Below are positions 18,321 through 27,636 of a stretch of DNA of 64,000 bases, one piece after another. This stretch comes from an uncultured Bacilli bacterium (GTDB taxonomy: Bacteria > Bacillota_I > Bacilli_A > RF39 > UBA660), in the NCBI GenBank assembly GCA_944333345.1, contig CALVKW010000001.1:5594-69593 (forward strand), in the 5' to 3' direction. The stretch's first letter is position 1. Every line of letters starts with the position of its first letter. The position numbers and the translations under genes were made by a program. Below the pieces are notes generated by a model. It was not told where the DNA came from. It was given only the letters and a program-made list of their open reading frames with translations, and made no database searches.

Positions 18321-19694
18321 TTAAGCTACTCTTTTATATTGCACCTCAGTACTTCCATAAGAGGCAGGTGCAGTTAACTCTGCACGCATTTTTCTAAAAG
18401 CATCTTCTAAACTAACAACTCTTTGTTGTAATCTATCGTTTTCACGTTGTAGTCTTTCATTTTCAGCTTTTAACTCATCAACTTCATGGCCTTGTTGTTG
18501 AGCACTTTGAAGTCGTTCTTGCAATGTTAATATTTTTAAATCCTTCTGTTTTAACTCTTGTTGTTGTTTTTTATTTTCTTGAACTAATCCACCAACAGCA
18601 GTAACCACATCATCAAAAGAATCACCACTATTACTATTTGATTCCAAAGAAGTGTTTTCATCTTTTTTACTTTCTTCTTCTACATCATTAGTATCTGTAG
18701 AATTCAAAGAAACTACTCCTAATTGATCATTATTATCAGAATTGGAACGAATGATAGGAATATCACCAAAACTACTTTCTCTTGGCTTTTTAGATTCAAA
18801 AATATCATTTTGTTCTTTTTCTGCAAAAATGGAATCAGGCTTAACCTCTGATAAAGGTTGAGCAAACGAATCAACTTTAGCAGGTTGTTCAACAGGCACT
18901 ATCTTCTTCTCTTCTACAACTTTCTCCGTTTCCAAATTAGTAGAATTATTCTCCATAGGTAAAGAAGAATTTAAAGCTGTATCAATAGTTTCCTTAGGAA
19001 CTTCTACACTAGCAATATCGATTGGAGGCTGCTTCGTCGTTGGCTGCTCTGGTTCTACAACAGGAAGAGGTCCTGCAAAATTATCATTAAATACAGGAGC
19101 ATTACGTGCAACTTCAACAATTGGAGAATCAGCAACATTAACACTACAATAAAATGAATCATCCGTCATACAAATAAAACTATAGTATTTATTATCTAAT
19201 ATATTTTTACCATCAATCGTATAAAGTGTTCCTTCAGAAAATCTATCATTTAAAAGAAATTTTCCAGTACCATGTGTTTCTTTATTTATTCTATCTTTAA
19301 TATTATTATCCGTATCAACCATTCTAGTAGCGGCGTTAGGATCATCTCGAGAAGCTATAGCATCAAGTACAGTCTTTGTTTGAGCTATATTTCTAATAAC
19401 TAATAAATATTTATCATCAATAATTCGAATATCCCTATTTTCAAAAGGAATAATAATATTACCCTGCTTACTAATAAGGCCAAGCGATGTTTTTGGAATT
19501 TCAGGATCTATCGCTTCTTTTAATAAAGGAGAAGCAATTAAAAAGTCATTATCCAAATTTCTATTATTTAATTTATAATAAGTTTCTTGTGTATTTCCAG
19601 TTGTAATTGTGACATAATTACAATAAAGATCGGACATTCCCTTATAAGTAGAAATTTTCCCCCTATTAAATACTACTTGCCTTCCCTCATGCAT
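18321..19694 (-). CDS. Hypothetical protein with a structured N-terminal domain, a P/E/S-rich linker and a C-terminal coiled coil
   Basis: No catalytic motifs. The C-terminal 80 aa are heptad-like and rich in Q, E, L and R. Confidence 0.5.
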   Translation of the reverse strand: MHEGRQVVFNRGKISTYKGMSDLYCNYVTITTGNTQETYYKLNNRNLDNDFLIASPLLKEAIDPEIPKTSLGLISKQGNIIIPFENRDIRIIDDKYLLVIRNIAQTKTVLDAIASRDDPNAATRMVDTDNNIKDRINKETHGTGKFLLNDRFSEGTLYTIDGKNILDNKYYSFICMTDDSFYCSVNVADSPIVEVARNAPVFNDNFAGPLPVVEPEQPTTKQPPIDIASVEVPKETIDTALNSSLPMENNSTNLETEKVVEEKKIVPVEQPAKVDSFAQPLSEVKPDSIFAEKEQNDIFESKKPRESSFGDIPIIRSNSDNNDQLGVVSLNSTDTNDVEEESKKDENTSLESNSNSGDSFDDVVTAVGGLVQENKKQQQELKQKDLKILTLQERLQSAQQQGHEVDELKAENERLQRENDRLQQRVVSLEDAFRKMRAELTAPASYGSTEVQYKRVA

Positions 19695-19833
19695 AACAAC
19701 ACACCACCTTATTATATACTTCTAATCATAATAATATCACAACTCCCCTTTGAAAACAACTATTTTCCAAACAAATTTCTAAAATAAAATTGCAAAAAAC
19801 TACAGAAATAGATACAATAATATTGGTGATAAA

Positions 19834-20583
19834 ATGCGACAAGATAAAAAATTAATGTTAGGAATGACAATACTTTTTTTAATCACTTTTATTTTTTTTG
19901 GAACCCTTATAACAACAGAAAAATTAGCTCCCTATTACACCGATAAAATAAAAGAAAGATTCGAAAATTATATTAAAGAAAACTATAAAGAAGAAAATAA
20001 CAATCTAAAAATTGGAATAATAACTTATAAAAATCAACAATATAAAGCTAAAGTATCAAACAAAAATAATAAAGACCTATATTTTACGATAACCTATCAA
20101 AACAAAGAAATAAAAGATACATATAAAAAAGACTATTTAGAAGGAAGAACACTTTTAAATAAATTAGAAAAAAATCTGGAAGAAAAAATAAAAGAAAATA
20201 CAAACCAAAGTGTCTCTATCTCAATTCCTTTACCACTAAATGAATACACAAATAAAATACAAGAAAACCTAATAAATAACAATCTAGAAAACACTAAAAT
20301 ATATGATATTGAATTCACAATAAATAGTAATATAGAAACAACAGACATCGTAAATAAAATGGAAGAAATAGTAACAGAATTATCATCTATGAATATATAT
20401 CCAAATCACTACAATATAACAATTAAAAACAAAAAAAGCAAATTAACCATAAATAACTTAACAAACAATACAATAGAAAAAACAACTCTAACTCAGATAA
20501 TTAGTGATATAATAGCTAATAATGAAAGTGATATTATAAAAACAAATAATATCTCTTATCAATATACAAATAAAGGAGAATGA
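19834..20583 (+). CDS. Hypothetical membrane-anchored protein, K/N-rich
   Basis: N-terminal transmembrane helix with an RBS-like upstream sequence. No recognisable motif. Confidence 0.45.
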   Translation: MRQDKKLMLGMTILFLITFIFFGTLITTEKLAPYYTDKIKERFENYIKENYKEENNNLKIGIITYKNQQYKAKVSNKNNKDLYFTITYQNKEIKDTYKKDYLEGRTLLNKLEKNLEEKIKENTNQSVSISIPLPLNEYTNKIQENLINNNLENTKIYDIEFTINSNIETTDIVNKMEEIVTELSSMNIYPNHYNITIKNKKSKLTINNLTNNTIEKTTLTQIISDIIANNESDIIKTNNISYQYTNKGE

Positions 20584-20587
20584 TAAA

Positions 20588-20986
20588 ATGAACGATTGTA
20601 TTTTTTGTAAAATCATCAACAACGAACTACCATCTAAAACAGTATATGAAGATAGTGAAATAAAAATAATTATGAATATTAATCCTATTAGTAATGGACA
20701 CTTATTAATAATGCCAAAAAAGCATTATGAAAACATCTTAGATATTGCAGAAGAAACATTAATGCATGCTATGAAAATATTACGAGAAAACATATATCCT
20801 ATACTAAAAGAAAAACTAAACTGTGAAGGTTTTACAATCTGTGAAAACAACTTTTTAGGACAAGACATTAAACATTTTCATATACACGTAATACCAAGAT
20901 ATCAAAATGACCAAATAGATTTTAATTACAATAAAGAACAATTAAAAGATTTAGATGAAATATTTAAAGTCTTACAAGACAAGTAA
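20588..20986 (+). CDS. HIT-family (histidine triad) nucleotide hydrolase
   Basis: HxHxHxx motif HFHIHVIP and N-terminal CIFCKI. Confidence 0.85.
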   Translation: MNDCIFCKIINNELPSKTVYEDSEIKIIMNINPISNGHLLIMPKKHYENILDIAEETLMHAMKILRENIYPILKEKLNCEGFTICENNFLGQDIKHFHIHVIPRYQNDQIDFNYNKEQLKDLDEIFKVLQDK

Positions 20987-21482
20987 GAATACAGTCAAAA
21001 ATAATTAAAACGAAAGCCAAGATACTAAACCATCTTGGCATTTTTTTTATTACTTTTTCTTCTAATGGTAAAACCACAAAAACTAATAATAAAGAAAAAA
21101 ATCCCCATAGTAAACTCATTCCCAAAGAAATATAAGGACCAATATTATATTTTTGATCTCTATAATCCCAAAAGTGCTTATGAAATAAAGACTCTATCAC
21201 AATACCACCTAGCCACTCTAGTAAAGACAACAAGAAAAAAACAGCAACAAACAAAATAACAGTTTTCCATAATTTAGAAATCTTCAATTTATGAAAAATA
21301 AGTTTACTTAAAAAAGCAATAATGACAGCACCAAATCCATAAACAGGAATCCAAGGGCCAAATAAAATACCATTATTCATATTAGGAAAGAAAAAAGTCT
21401 TCAAAGATGTTTCCAATAGAAATCCAATAAAAGAATTAATAAAAAATAAATTTAAATAATAATACATAAAATCACCATTCAT
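20964..21482 (-). CDS. Small polytopic membrane protein, reminiscent of the DUF1113 / putative ABC-transporter type IV membrane family
   Basis: Four or five transmembrane helices and a GPWIPVYGFG block. The family assignment is tentative. Confidence 0.4.
   Translation of the reverse strand: MNGDFMYYYLNLFFINSFIGFLLETSLKTFFFPNMNNGILFGPWIPVYGFGAVIIAFLSKLIFHKLKISKLWKTVILFVAVFFLLSLLEWLGGIVIESLFHKHFWDYRDQKYNIGPYISLGMSLLWGFFSLLLVFVVLPLEEKVIKKMPRWFSILAFVLIIFDCILTCLVRL
21016..21048 (+). terminator. Intrinsic terminator (GCCAAGAT...ATCTTGGC followed by a T8 run) downstream of the HIT gene
   Basis: An 8-bp perfect stem plus a T-run. It lies within the 3' coding end of the convergent minus-strand gene. 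Confidence 0.45.
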
Positions 21483-21527
21483 AGTATACCCAAAAAAAAG
21501 ATAAGAATGAAAATTCTTACCTATTTT

Positions 21528-21635
21528 TTAATAACACATTGTCCCACCTAAAATAATAGCTAATAAAATATATAAAACAATAATGATAACAAAGCTATTA
21601 TTTCTTCTTGGAGCACTATTCTCAGAACAAGACAT
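21528..21635 (-). CDS. Tiny transmembrane peptide (35 aa), YjcZ/TIGR01732-like sporulation peptide
   Basis: MSCSENSAPRRNNSFVIIIVLYILLAIILGGTMCY is preceded by a strong RBS AAGGAGGTG. The hydrophobic core resembles FALIVVLFILLIIVG of the Bacillus tiny-TM family. It is not in the ORF track. Confidence 0.55.
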   Translation of the reverse strand: MSCSENSAPRRNNSFVIIIVLYILLAIILGGTMCY

Positions 21636-21647
21636 TAAAACACCTCC

Positions 21648-21728
21648 TTAAATATAAGCACCTAAGATAATAATTAAAAGAATGAACAAAACTAATACGA
21701 TAGCTGAAGACGAAATATAATTACTCAT
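21648..21728 (-). CDS. Tiny transmembrane peptide (26 aa), a tandem paralogue of the preceding one
   Basis: MSNYISSSAIVLVLFILLIIILGAYI is preceded by the RBS GGAGGAAAAG. Tandem arrangement is typical of this family. It is not in the ORF track. Confidence 0.55.
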   Translation of the reverse strand: MSNYISSSAIVLVLFILLIIILGAYI

Positions 21729-21859
21729 ATCTTTTCCTCCTTTTTTTATGCTTTCATGATATTCTATGGCAAAATCAAAAATTGTGTGAGTATATATAGT
21801 ATATTTATTGCACGAATTTATTTTTTTTGCTATGATATTCTTTGATTAGGAGGAATAAT

Positions 21860-22858
21860 ATGAATAAAAAAATAGGAATTAGTCTCTGCATTTTAAGCTT
21901 ATTAACATTAACAGTAACAGGATGTGGAAAAACCGCTAAATTAGATGATGAAACAACAGCAGTAGCTCTAGATGGCATAAAAATATCGGCAACAGAATAC
22001 TATAATGAAATTAAACAATCAAACATTTCAAGGTTAGTAGACATGATTGATCATGAATTATTTGATGAAGAATACGAAACAACAGAGGAAGAAGATCAAG
22101 CGGTAGAAGAACAAATAAATCAATTAAAAAGCTCGTACGAAGATGAAACAACATTTCAAAATGTCATTCAACAATATTTTGGAGTATCAACAGAAGAGGA
22201 ACTAGAAGATATGTTAAGATTAGAATATAAAAGAAATGAAGCTGTAATCGACTACATTGGGGACAATTTATCAGATAATGAAATACAAAAATATTATGAT
22301 GAAAATATTATTGGAGATATAAAAGCAAGTCATATTTTAATTACGCCAGAGGTAGATAATGATGCAACAGATGAAGAAAAAGAAAAAGCGGAAGAAAAAG
22401 CAGAACGTCAAGCAAAAAAGATTATTAAAAAATTAAACAACGGGGAAGACTTTGCAGAATTAGCAAAAGAATATTCTGATGATTCTGCCACCGCAGAAGA
22501 TGGAGGAAATTTAGGCTTTTTTAACACGGATGATATGGATGAAAACTTCATGGCAGCAGTAAAAAAGTTAGATATTGACGAATATACGAAAGAGCCAGTA
22601 AAAACACAATATGGTTATCATATAATATTGAAAACTGACCAGGAAGAAAAACCAAAATTAAAAAAAGTAAAAGCAGAAATCAAAGAAACGTTAGCAAATA
22701 ATAAATTAGATAACGATTCGACCCTACACTATCAAACACTAATGGACATTAGAGAAGAAAATAATATGAAGTGGAACGACGATAAATTAGAAAAACAGTA
22801 TAAGGAACTAATGGATCAATTACTACAAGCTGCTTCAACTAATACCACAACAAATTAA
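21860..22858 (+). CDS. prsA: Foldase lipoprotein PrsA (parvulin-type peptidyl-prolyl isomerase)
   Basis: Lipobox LTVTGC after the signal peptide. Parvulin domain blocks are ASHILI and GGNLGFF..M. The RBS AGGAGGAA precedes the ATG at 21860. Confidence 0.85.
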   Translation: MNKKIGISLCILSLLTLTVTGCGKTAKLDDETTAVALDGIKISATEYYNEIKQSNISRLVDMIDHELFDEEYETTEEEDQAVEEQINQLKSSYEDETTFQNVIQQYFGVSTEEELEDMLRLEYKRNEAVIDYIGDNLSDNEIQKYYDENIIGDIKASHILITPEVDNDATDEEKEKAEEKAERQAKKIIKKLNNGEDFAELAKEYSDDSATAEDGGNLGFFNTDDMDENFMAAVKKLDIDEYTKEPVKTQYGYHIILKTDQEEKPKLKKVKAEIKETLANNKLDNDSTLHYQTLMDIREENNMKWNDDKLEKQYKELMDQLLQAASTNTTTN

Positions 22859-22888
22859 AAAAGTACCCAAGGAGGTACTTTTATTTGG
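22858..22888 (+). terminator. Intrinsic terminator (AGTACC-CAAGGA-GGTACT followed by TTTATTT)
   Basis: An inverted repeat plus a T-rich tract sits directly after the prsA stop. Confidence 0.45.
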
Positions 22889-24299
22889 CCTTAAAAATAA
22901 CACAAGTCTTATCACGATAAATAAGTTGATACTGAGATTGATCACTTAAATAACTAGCAAGGCCAATTTTTCTAGGAACAATAAAATAATCAAAATCATA
23001 TTTCTCTATTAATTTAGGAAACCGATAAGAAAGTCTAGAAATATCCTGATAATCTTCATATATATATTTAGAATATAAATCTGCCCTACCATCAATAAAA
23101 ACAGGAATATCTTGATAAATTAAATAAGCACCATAATCATAATAATTAAATAATCTCTCTGGCTTTTCCTCTTTCAAAACGGAAATAGCCTTCTCTGATA
23201 ATGTCTTAGTAGATATTACTTTAGAATAAGAAAAACGAGTAGAAAAAAGTATAATTAACAATATGGAAAAGATAAAAACCAAAGAACCAGAATGTGCATC
23301 GAGCTTTCTTTTAGGAATATAATAAAAAATAAAAAATGACCAAGCTATATAACTAAAAAACCAAAAACGAATACTCTTTAATCCCAAATACAAAAAGAAT
23401 AAATAAAATATTGCATCCATAAATCGAATCTTTTTTTTACTAAAAATCATAATAATAAGAACAAATAAACTAAATCCAAAATAAAGATAATGAGATAAAG
23501 TGTTCAAATTACTAGGCTGCCATTCAGCAATTGTAGAAAGCATTAAGCTATCAGCCATATTCTGATATGGATAAAATATCATGGTAATACCATGCGGATT
23601 AATTGCAATAGCAAAAATACATAAAATAGAAACAATAAAATAAGTAATAATTTGTTTTTTTGTTAATCTAATAGCTTCAATCTTAGAAAATGAAAATGAA
23701 AACAATCCACAAAAAATAGCCAATAAACAAAGTAAATAAGGTAAATTAGAAGAGCCACCATGTACATTTGCCCAAAATAAACTAATAGGAACTAAAAAGA
23801 AAATTCGTTTAGAATTAGGATGATAGAAATAATAATACACAAAATAAATACTAACCGCAAGTAACAAAAAACTAAGAAGCTGTGGCCTACCGCTTAAACT
23901 AACAAAAATTAACATAAAGAAAATTGTCCAAAGTAAAGCAAACGGAAAATTTTTTAAATATTCCTTTTTTTGCACAAGAAAAATAAAAAACAACAACCCA
24001 AGTACAATAACAAAAGCATAAACAAACAAATGTAAACGACCAAAGATAATAGATAACGAATAAAGTAACACTTCAAATAACCATTCATGAGAAATCCAAG
24101 AATATTGAAATAAACTCCAAGAAAAAATATCTTTTGTCAAAATAGTAGAATTAGTAACCATTTCTTCTCCTGCTTTATAATGCCAAAAATAATCTATATC
24201 TACTCTTAAAAATAACATTAAAAACAAAGCAAAACAAAACAAGAAAAAAGAAAAAGATATTTCTAATTTGTGCTTTTTAACAAACTCTCTAATCTTCAT
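22881..24299 (-). CDS. Large polytopic membrane protein (12 or more transmembrane helices), possibly a GT-C-type glycosyltransferase or ligase-like protein
   Basis: Hydrophobicity pattern only. No soluble-domain motif is present. Confidence 0.4.
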   Translation of the reverse strand: MKIREFVKKHKLEISFSFFLFCFALFLMLFLRVDIDYFWHYKAGEEMVTNSTILTKDIFSWSLFQYSWISHEWLFEVLLYSLSIIFGRLHLFVYAFVIVLGLLFFIFLVQKKEYLKNFPFALLWTIFFMLIFVSLSGRPQLLSFLLLAVSIYFVYYYFYHPNSKRIFFLVPISLFWANVHGGSSNLPYLLCLLAIFCGLFSFSFSKIEAIRLTKKQIITYFIVSILCIFAIAINPHGITMIFYPYQNMADSLMLSTIAEWQPSNLNTLSHYLYFGFSLFVLIIMIFSKKKIRFMDAIFYLFFLYLGLKSIRFWFFSYIAWSFFIFYYIPKRKLDAHSGSLVFIFSILLIILFSTRFSYSKVISTKTLSEKAISVLKEEKPERLFNYYDYGAYLIYQDIPVFIDGRADLYSKYIYEDYQDISRLSYRFPKLIEKYDFDYFIVPRKIGLASYLSDQSQYQLIYRDKTCVIFKAK

Positions 24300-25047
24300 A
24301 ATATAAACCTTTCTGATAAAGTTTCTCTTTAATTTTATATTCTAATTCCCCTCCAGAATATTTTTTACTAAGTCTACGATACAATTTCTCCGCCTCTCTT
24401 TTAGAAATATCTTTAGTGTCAGAAAAATCCATTTTAGATAATATTTCCTCTATATTAGAAATATCATATCCTAAGACTTGTAAATCATGAACAAGCTTTC
24501 GCTTTAAAACAGCTCCTCCTCTGCTCCGATTACTCTTAAGTAAACGACTAGCGACTTTTTCTATTTTAGGAAGTTGCTCTTCCTTCGTAAAAACAGAAAT
24601 TTCTGAGAAAATAATATCAGAAGAAACACCTTTATCTAATAACTCTTTTTCTATTTTTCTTGGCCCTTTGGAAGTGGTAATCATTTGCTGATTAATATAG
24701 GCTTTAGCAAAGCTTCTATCATCCAAATATCCTTGCCCCAATAATTTAGAAATAGCTTTTTCCACAAGTTCCTGTGGATACTGTTTTTTCAATAACAACT
24801 CTCTTAAGTCTTTTACAGATTTAAATCTACTCTTTAATGACTTTAAAGCAACATAATAAACATCATACTCCTGATTCGCTTGCAAAATCATATCACGTTT
24901 ATCATCGGAAATAGACTTCTTTAACAACAAATCAAAATTTAAAATAACTTCTTCATATAAAGACAACTCTTCTCCAGATTCGAGCATTAATTCATACTGA
25001 CCATTTTTCTTCTTCTTGTATTTTAATATTTTCATACTATCACCCAA
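24289..25047 (-). CDS. recX: Regulatory protein RecX
   Basis: Repeated three-helix RecX modules (LLKKQYPQELVEKAISKLLGQGYLDDRSFAKAYIN). Confidence 0.8.
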   Translation of the reverse strand: MGDSMKILKYKKKKNGQYELMLESGEELSLYEEVILNFDLLLKKSISDDKRDMILQANQEYDVYYVALKSLKSRFKSVKDLRELLLKKQYPQELVEKAISKLLGQGYLDDRSFAKAYINQQMITTSKGPRKIEKELLDKGVSSDIIFSEISVFTKEEQLPKIEKVASRLLKSNRSRGGAVLKRKLVHDLQVLGYDISNIEEILSKMDFSDTKDISKREAEKLYRRLSKKYSGGELEYKIKEKLYQKGLYYED

Positions 25048-25083
25048 AAATAGTATAACATGAAAAAAAGAAGAAAAGTAACA

Positions 25084-25287
25084 TTACTCTCCTCTTTTTA
25101 TTTCAATAAGTCCTTCTGTAATTTCTTCTAACGCTTTCCCAATGTTTTTAGTACTCTTATAAGCATTCACAGGCATTTGTAAATAACCAGTTTTAGAAAT
25201 TTCTTTACTACGTCTTGCCGCAATATGTACTAATTCATATTTTGAGTCAACAATATTTAATAATTTATCAATAGAAGGATAAATCAT
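25084..25287 (-). CDS. rpoZ: DNA-directed RNA polymerase subunit omega
   Basis: MIYPSIDKLL..DSKYELVHIAARRSKEI matches the RpoZ N-terminal signature. The length is about 67 aa. Confidence 0.85.
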   Translation of the reverse strand: MIYPSIDKLLNIVDSKYELVHIAARRSKEISKTGYLQMPVNAYKSTKNIGKALEEITEGLIEIKRGE

Positions 25288-25378
25288 TCGTATCACACTC
25301 CCTATCATTAGAATAAAACACTAAAGAAAAATAATCAAGGAAGCTGACAAAATTAGACACAAATAAATGCCAAATATT

Positions 25379-25807
25379 TTAAATAGACGGAGAACCAATA
25401 AAAGAAGACTCATTTTCCTGAAAATACAATAAGCAAATAATACCAACAATCAATAACAAACTACCAAATACTTTTACAAAATATAAATCCTTTTGATTAT
25501 CACTTACCGCTTGATATTTTTTTATATTTCTAACAAAAAAATAGAAATATATAAACAATGAAATTGTTAATGTAAAAGTAAAGATATGATTAGCTTCTGC
25601 TTTATAAAAGTTGCAACGTTTACGCAAATATTCTTTATCATCATAATCACCTAAAATATTTAAAAATGAAAGAATGATAAAAACACACCATAAAAAATCT
25701 TCAAAATTTAATCTAGAAATTTCCTTAGTTACATCTTCCATCATAATTAAATATATTATTGAAAGCAACAAAAAAGAGCAAGAACTATAATAAAATAGTC
25801 TGCTCAC
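25379..25807 (-). CDS. Hypothetical membrane protein (142 aa)
   Basis: Four hydrophobic helices and no recognisable motif. Confidence 0.4.
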   Translation of the reverse strand: MSRLFYYSSCSFLLLSIIYLIMMEDVTKEISRLNFEDFLWCVFIILSFLNILGDYDDKEYLRKRCNFYKAEANHIFTFTLTISLFIYFYFFVRNIKKYQAVSDNQKDLYFVKVFGSLLLIVGIICLLYFQENESSFIGSPSI

Positions 25808-25828
25808 GAATAGACTATAAAACTAAAA

Positions 25829-26170
25829 TTATCTAAATTGACTGCAGGAACCACATTGTACATTGCTTACAACATTTTCTTCTGAGCAAGTATATTGTGG
25901 ACGATAAGTATGTCTAAATATATGATGATTAATGATTCTTGTATGAATTGGACATACATGTGGAACATCATGAACTATAGTTTTATGAATACATTTTTGT
26001 TGAACACCTTCTTGAACTGGACATCCCATACTAGGATTCATGTTCATGTTCATATTCATACCAGTACTATCATTACTCATCATATTAATATCCACATTCA
26101 TATCATTATCTACCATATTATTATTCCCCATAACAGTAGAATCAAAGTCGAAACTATTTTGATCAAACAT
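25829..26170 (-). CDS. cotD: Spore coat protein, CotD family (His/Pro-rich)
   Basis: IVHDVPHVCPIHTRIINHHIFRHTYRPQY resembles CotD (IVPHIHPQHTTNVNHQHFQHVHYFPH). An N-terminal Met/Asn-rich repeat is also present. Confidence 0.6.
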   Translation of the reverse strand: MFDQNSFDFDSTVMGNNNMVDNDMNVDINMMSNDSTGMNMNMNMNPSMGCPVQEGVQQKCIHKTIVHDVPHVCPIHTRIINHHIFRHTYRPQYTCSEENVVSNVQCGSCSQFR

Positions 26171-26229
26171 TCTAATTACCTCCTATATCTTATCATATGT
26201 AGGAAAAAGTTTTAGAAAACGACAAATGC

Positions 26230-26260
26230 CCAAAAAAAGTATTACACGAAGTAATACTTT
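26230..26260 (-). terminator. Intrinsic terminator after ffh (AAGTATTAC-loop-GTAATACTT followed by a U7 run on the minus strand)
   Basis: A perfect 9-bp inverted repeat overlaps the ffh stop and is followed on the minus strand by TTTTTTT. Confidence 0.5.
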
Positions 26261-27566
26261 AAAAAGGCAATTTCATATTTCCATTAGAAAATTGCTTCAT
26301 CATTTTCTTCATCTGATCAAATTGTTGAAGTAATTTATTAACTTCTTGCACAGATGTACCACTCCCATTCGCAATTCTTGTTTTTCTACTTGCCTTAATA
26401 ATTTCTGGATGACGTCTTTCTTTTGGTGTCATAGATAATACAATAGCTTCAATATGCGCAAGTTGTTTCGGATCAATTTTAACATTATTAAGTCCCATCT
26501 TTTTAGCACCAGGAATTAATTTTAATAAATTTTCAAGCGGACCCAACTTTTTCATCTGTTTCATGGTAGAAAGAAAATCTTCCAAATCAAATTTTCCTTG
26601 TTGCATTCTTCTAGCCGTTTTTTCAGCCTCTTTCTCATCAATCGCATCCGTTGCTTTTTCTACTAAAGATACAATATCTCCCATACCAAGGATACGACCA
26701 GCCATACGTTCAGGATCAAAAGAATCAAGTCCATCTAATTTTTCAGAAACACCAATAAATTTAATAGGTACATGTGTTAAATGACGAACAGAAAGTGCAA
26801 CACCGCCTCTAGTATCACCATCTAATTTTGTAAGAACAACACCAGTAAGCGGAAGTTTATCATGAAACCCCGTAATAACATTAATAGCATCTTGACCCAT
26901 CATAGAATCAATAACTAACAAAATCTCATCTGGATTTACCTCAATACGAATATTTTCAAGTTCATCCATTAGTGCTTCATCAATATGAAGTCGACCAGCA
27001 GTATCAATTAAAACATAGTCATAACCATTTTCTTTCGCATAAGAAATCGCATTTTTAGAAATGGCAACAGGATCCCCACTACCTTCATCATAAACCTCAA
27101 TATTTAACTGTTTTCCAATTTGTTTTAACTGATCAATAGCAGCAGGACGATAAACATCACAAGCAACTAACAATGGTTTTTTAGCATGTTTCTTTCTTAA
27201 AAAATTAGCTAACTTCCCAATCGTAGTAGTCTTACCAGAACCTTGAAGACCAACTAGCATTAAAACCACAGGATTACCTTTTAAACAAATATCAGCTTGT
27301 TCTCCTCCAAGTAATTCAGTAAGTTCATCTTTTACAATTTTAACAAACAAATCTCCCGGATGGATACTGCTAGCAACTTCTTCTCCTAAAGCCTTTTCTT
27401 TAACTGTATTTGTAAATTCTTTTACTACTTTATAGTTAACATCTGCTTCTAATAATGCAAGTCGTATTTCCCGCATCATATCAGAAATATTATCTTCTGT
27501 AATCTTTCCATAACCTTTTATTTTGTGAATCGCATTCTGTAAACGATCTCCTAAACTTTCAAACAT
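26259..27566 (-). CDS. ffh: Signal recognition particle protein Ffh
   Basis: N domain, G domain with GLQGSGKTTT and DTAGR, and a Met-rich M domain. Confidence 0.97.
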   Translation of the reverse strand: MFESLGDRLQNAIHKIKGYGKITEDNISDMMREIRLALLEADVNYKVVKEFTNTVKEKALGEEVASSIHPGDLFVKIVKDELTELLGGEQADICLKGNPVVLMLVGLQGSGKTTTIGKLANFLRKKHAKKPLLVACDVYRPAAIDQLKQIGKQLNIEVYDEGSGDPVAISKNAISYAKENGYDYVLIDTAGRLHIDEALMDELENIRIEVNPDEILLVIDSMMGQDAINVITGFHDKLPLTGVVLTKLDGDTRGGVALSVRHLTHVPIKFIGVSEKLDGLDSFDPERMAGRILGMGDIVSLVEKATDAIDEKEAEKTARRMQQGKFDLEDFLSTMKQMKKLGPLENLLKLIPGAKKMGLNNVKIDPKQLAHIEAIVLSMTPKERRHPEIIKASRKTRIANGSGTSVQEVNKLLQQFDQMKKMMKQFSNGNMKLPF

Positions 27567-27605
27567 ATAATCACCTATTGTTTATTATACAAAAAAATAA
27601 AAAAC

Positions 27606-27636
27606 AAGTAAATGAAAAAAACAGGTTACCCTGTTT
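27606..27636 (-). terminator. Intrinsic terminator after the HerA-like gene (AACAGG-GTAA-CCTGTT followed by a U-run), separating it from ffh
   Basis: The hairpin immediately follows the stop codon and is followed on the minus strand by TTTTTTTCATTT. Confidence 0.5.
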
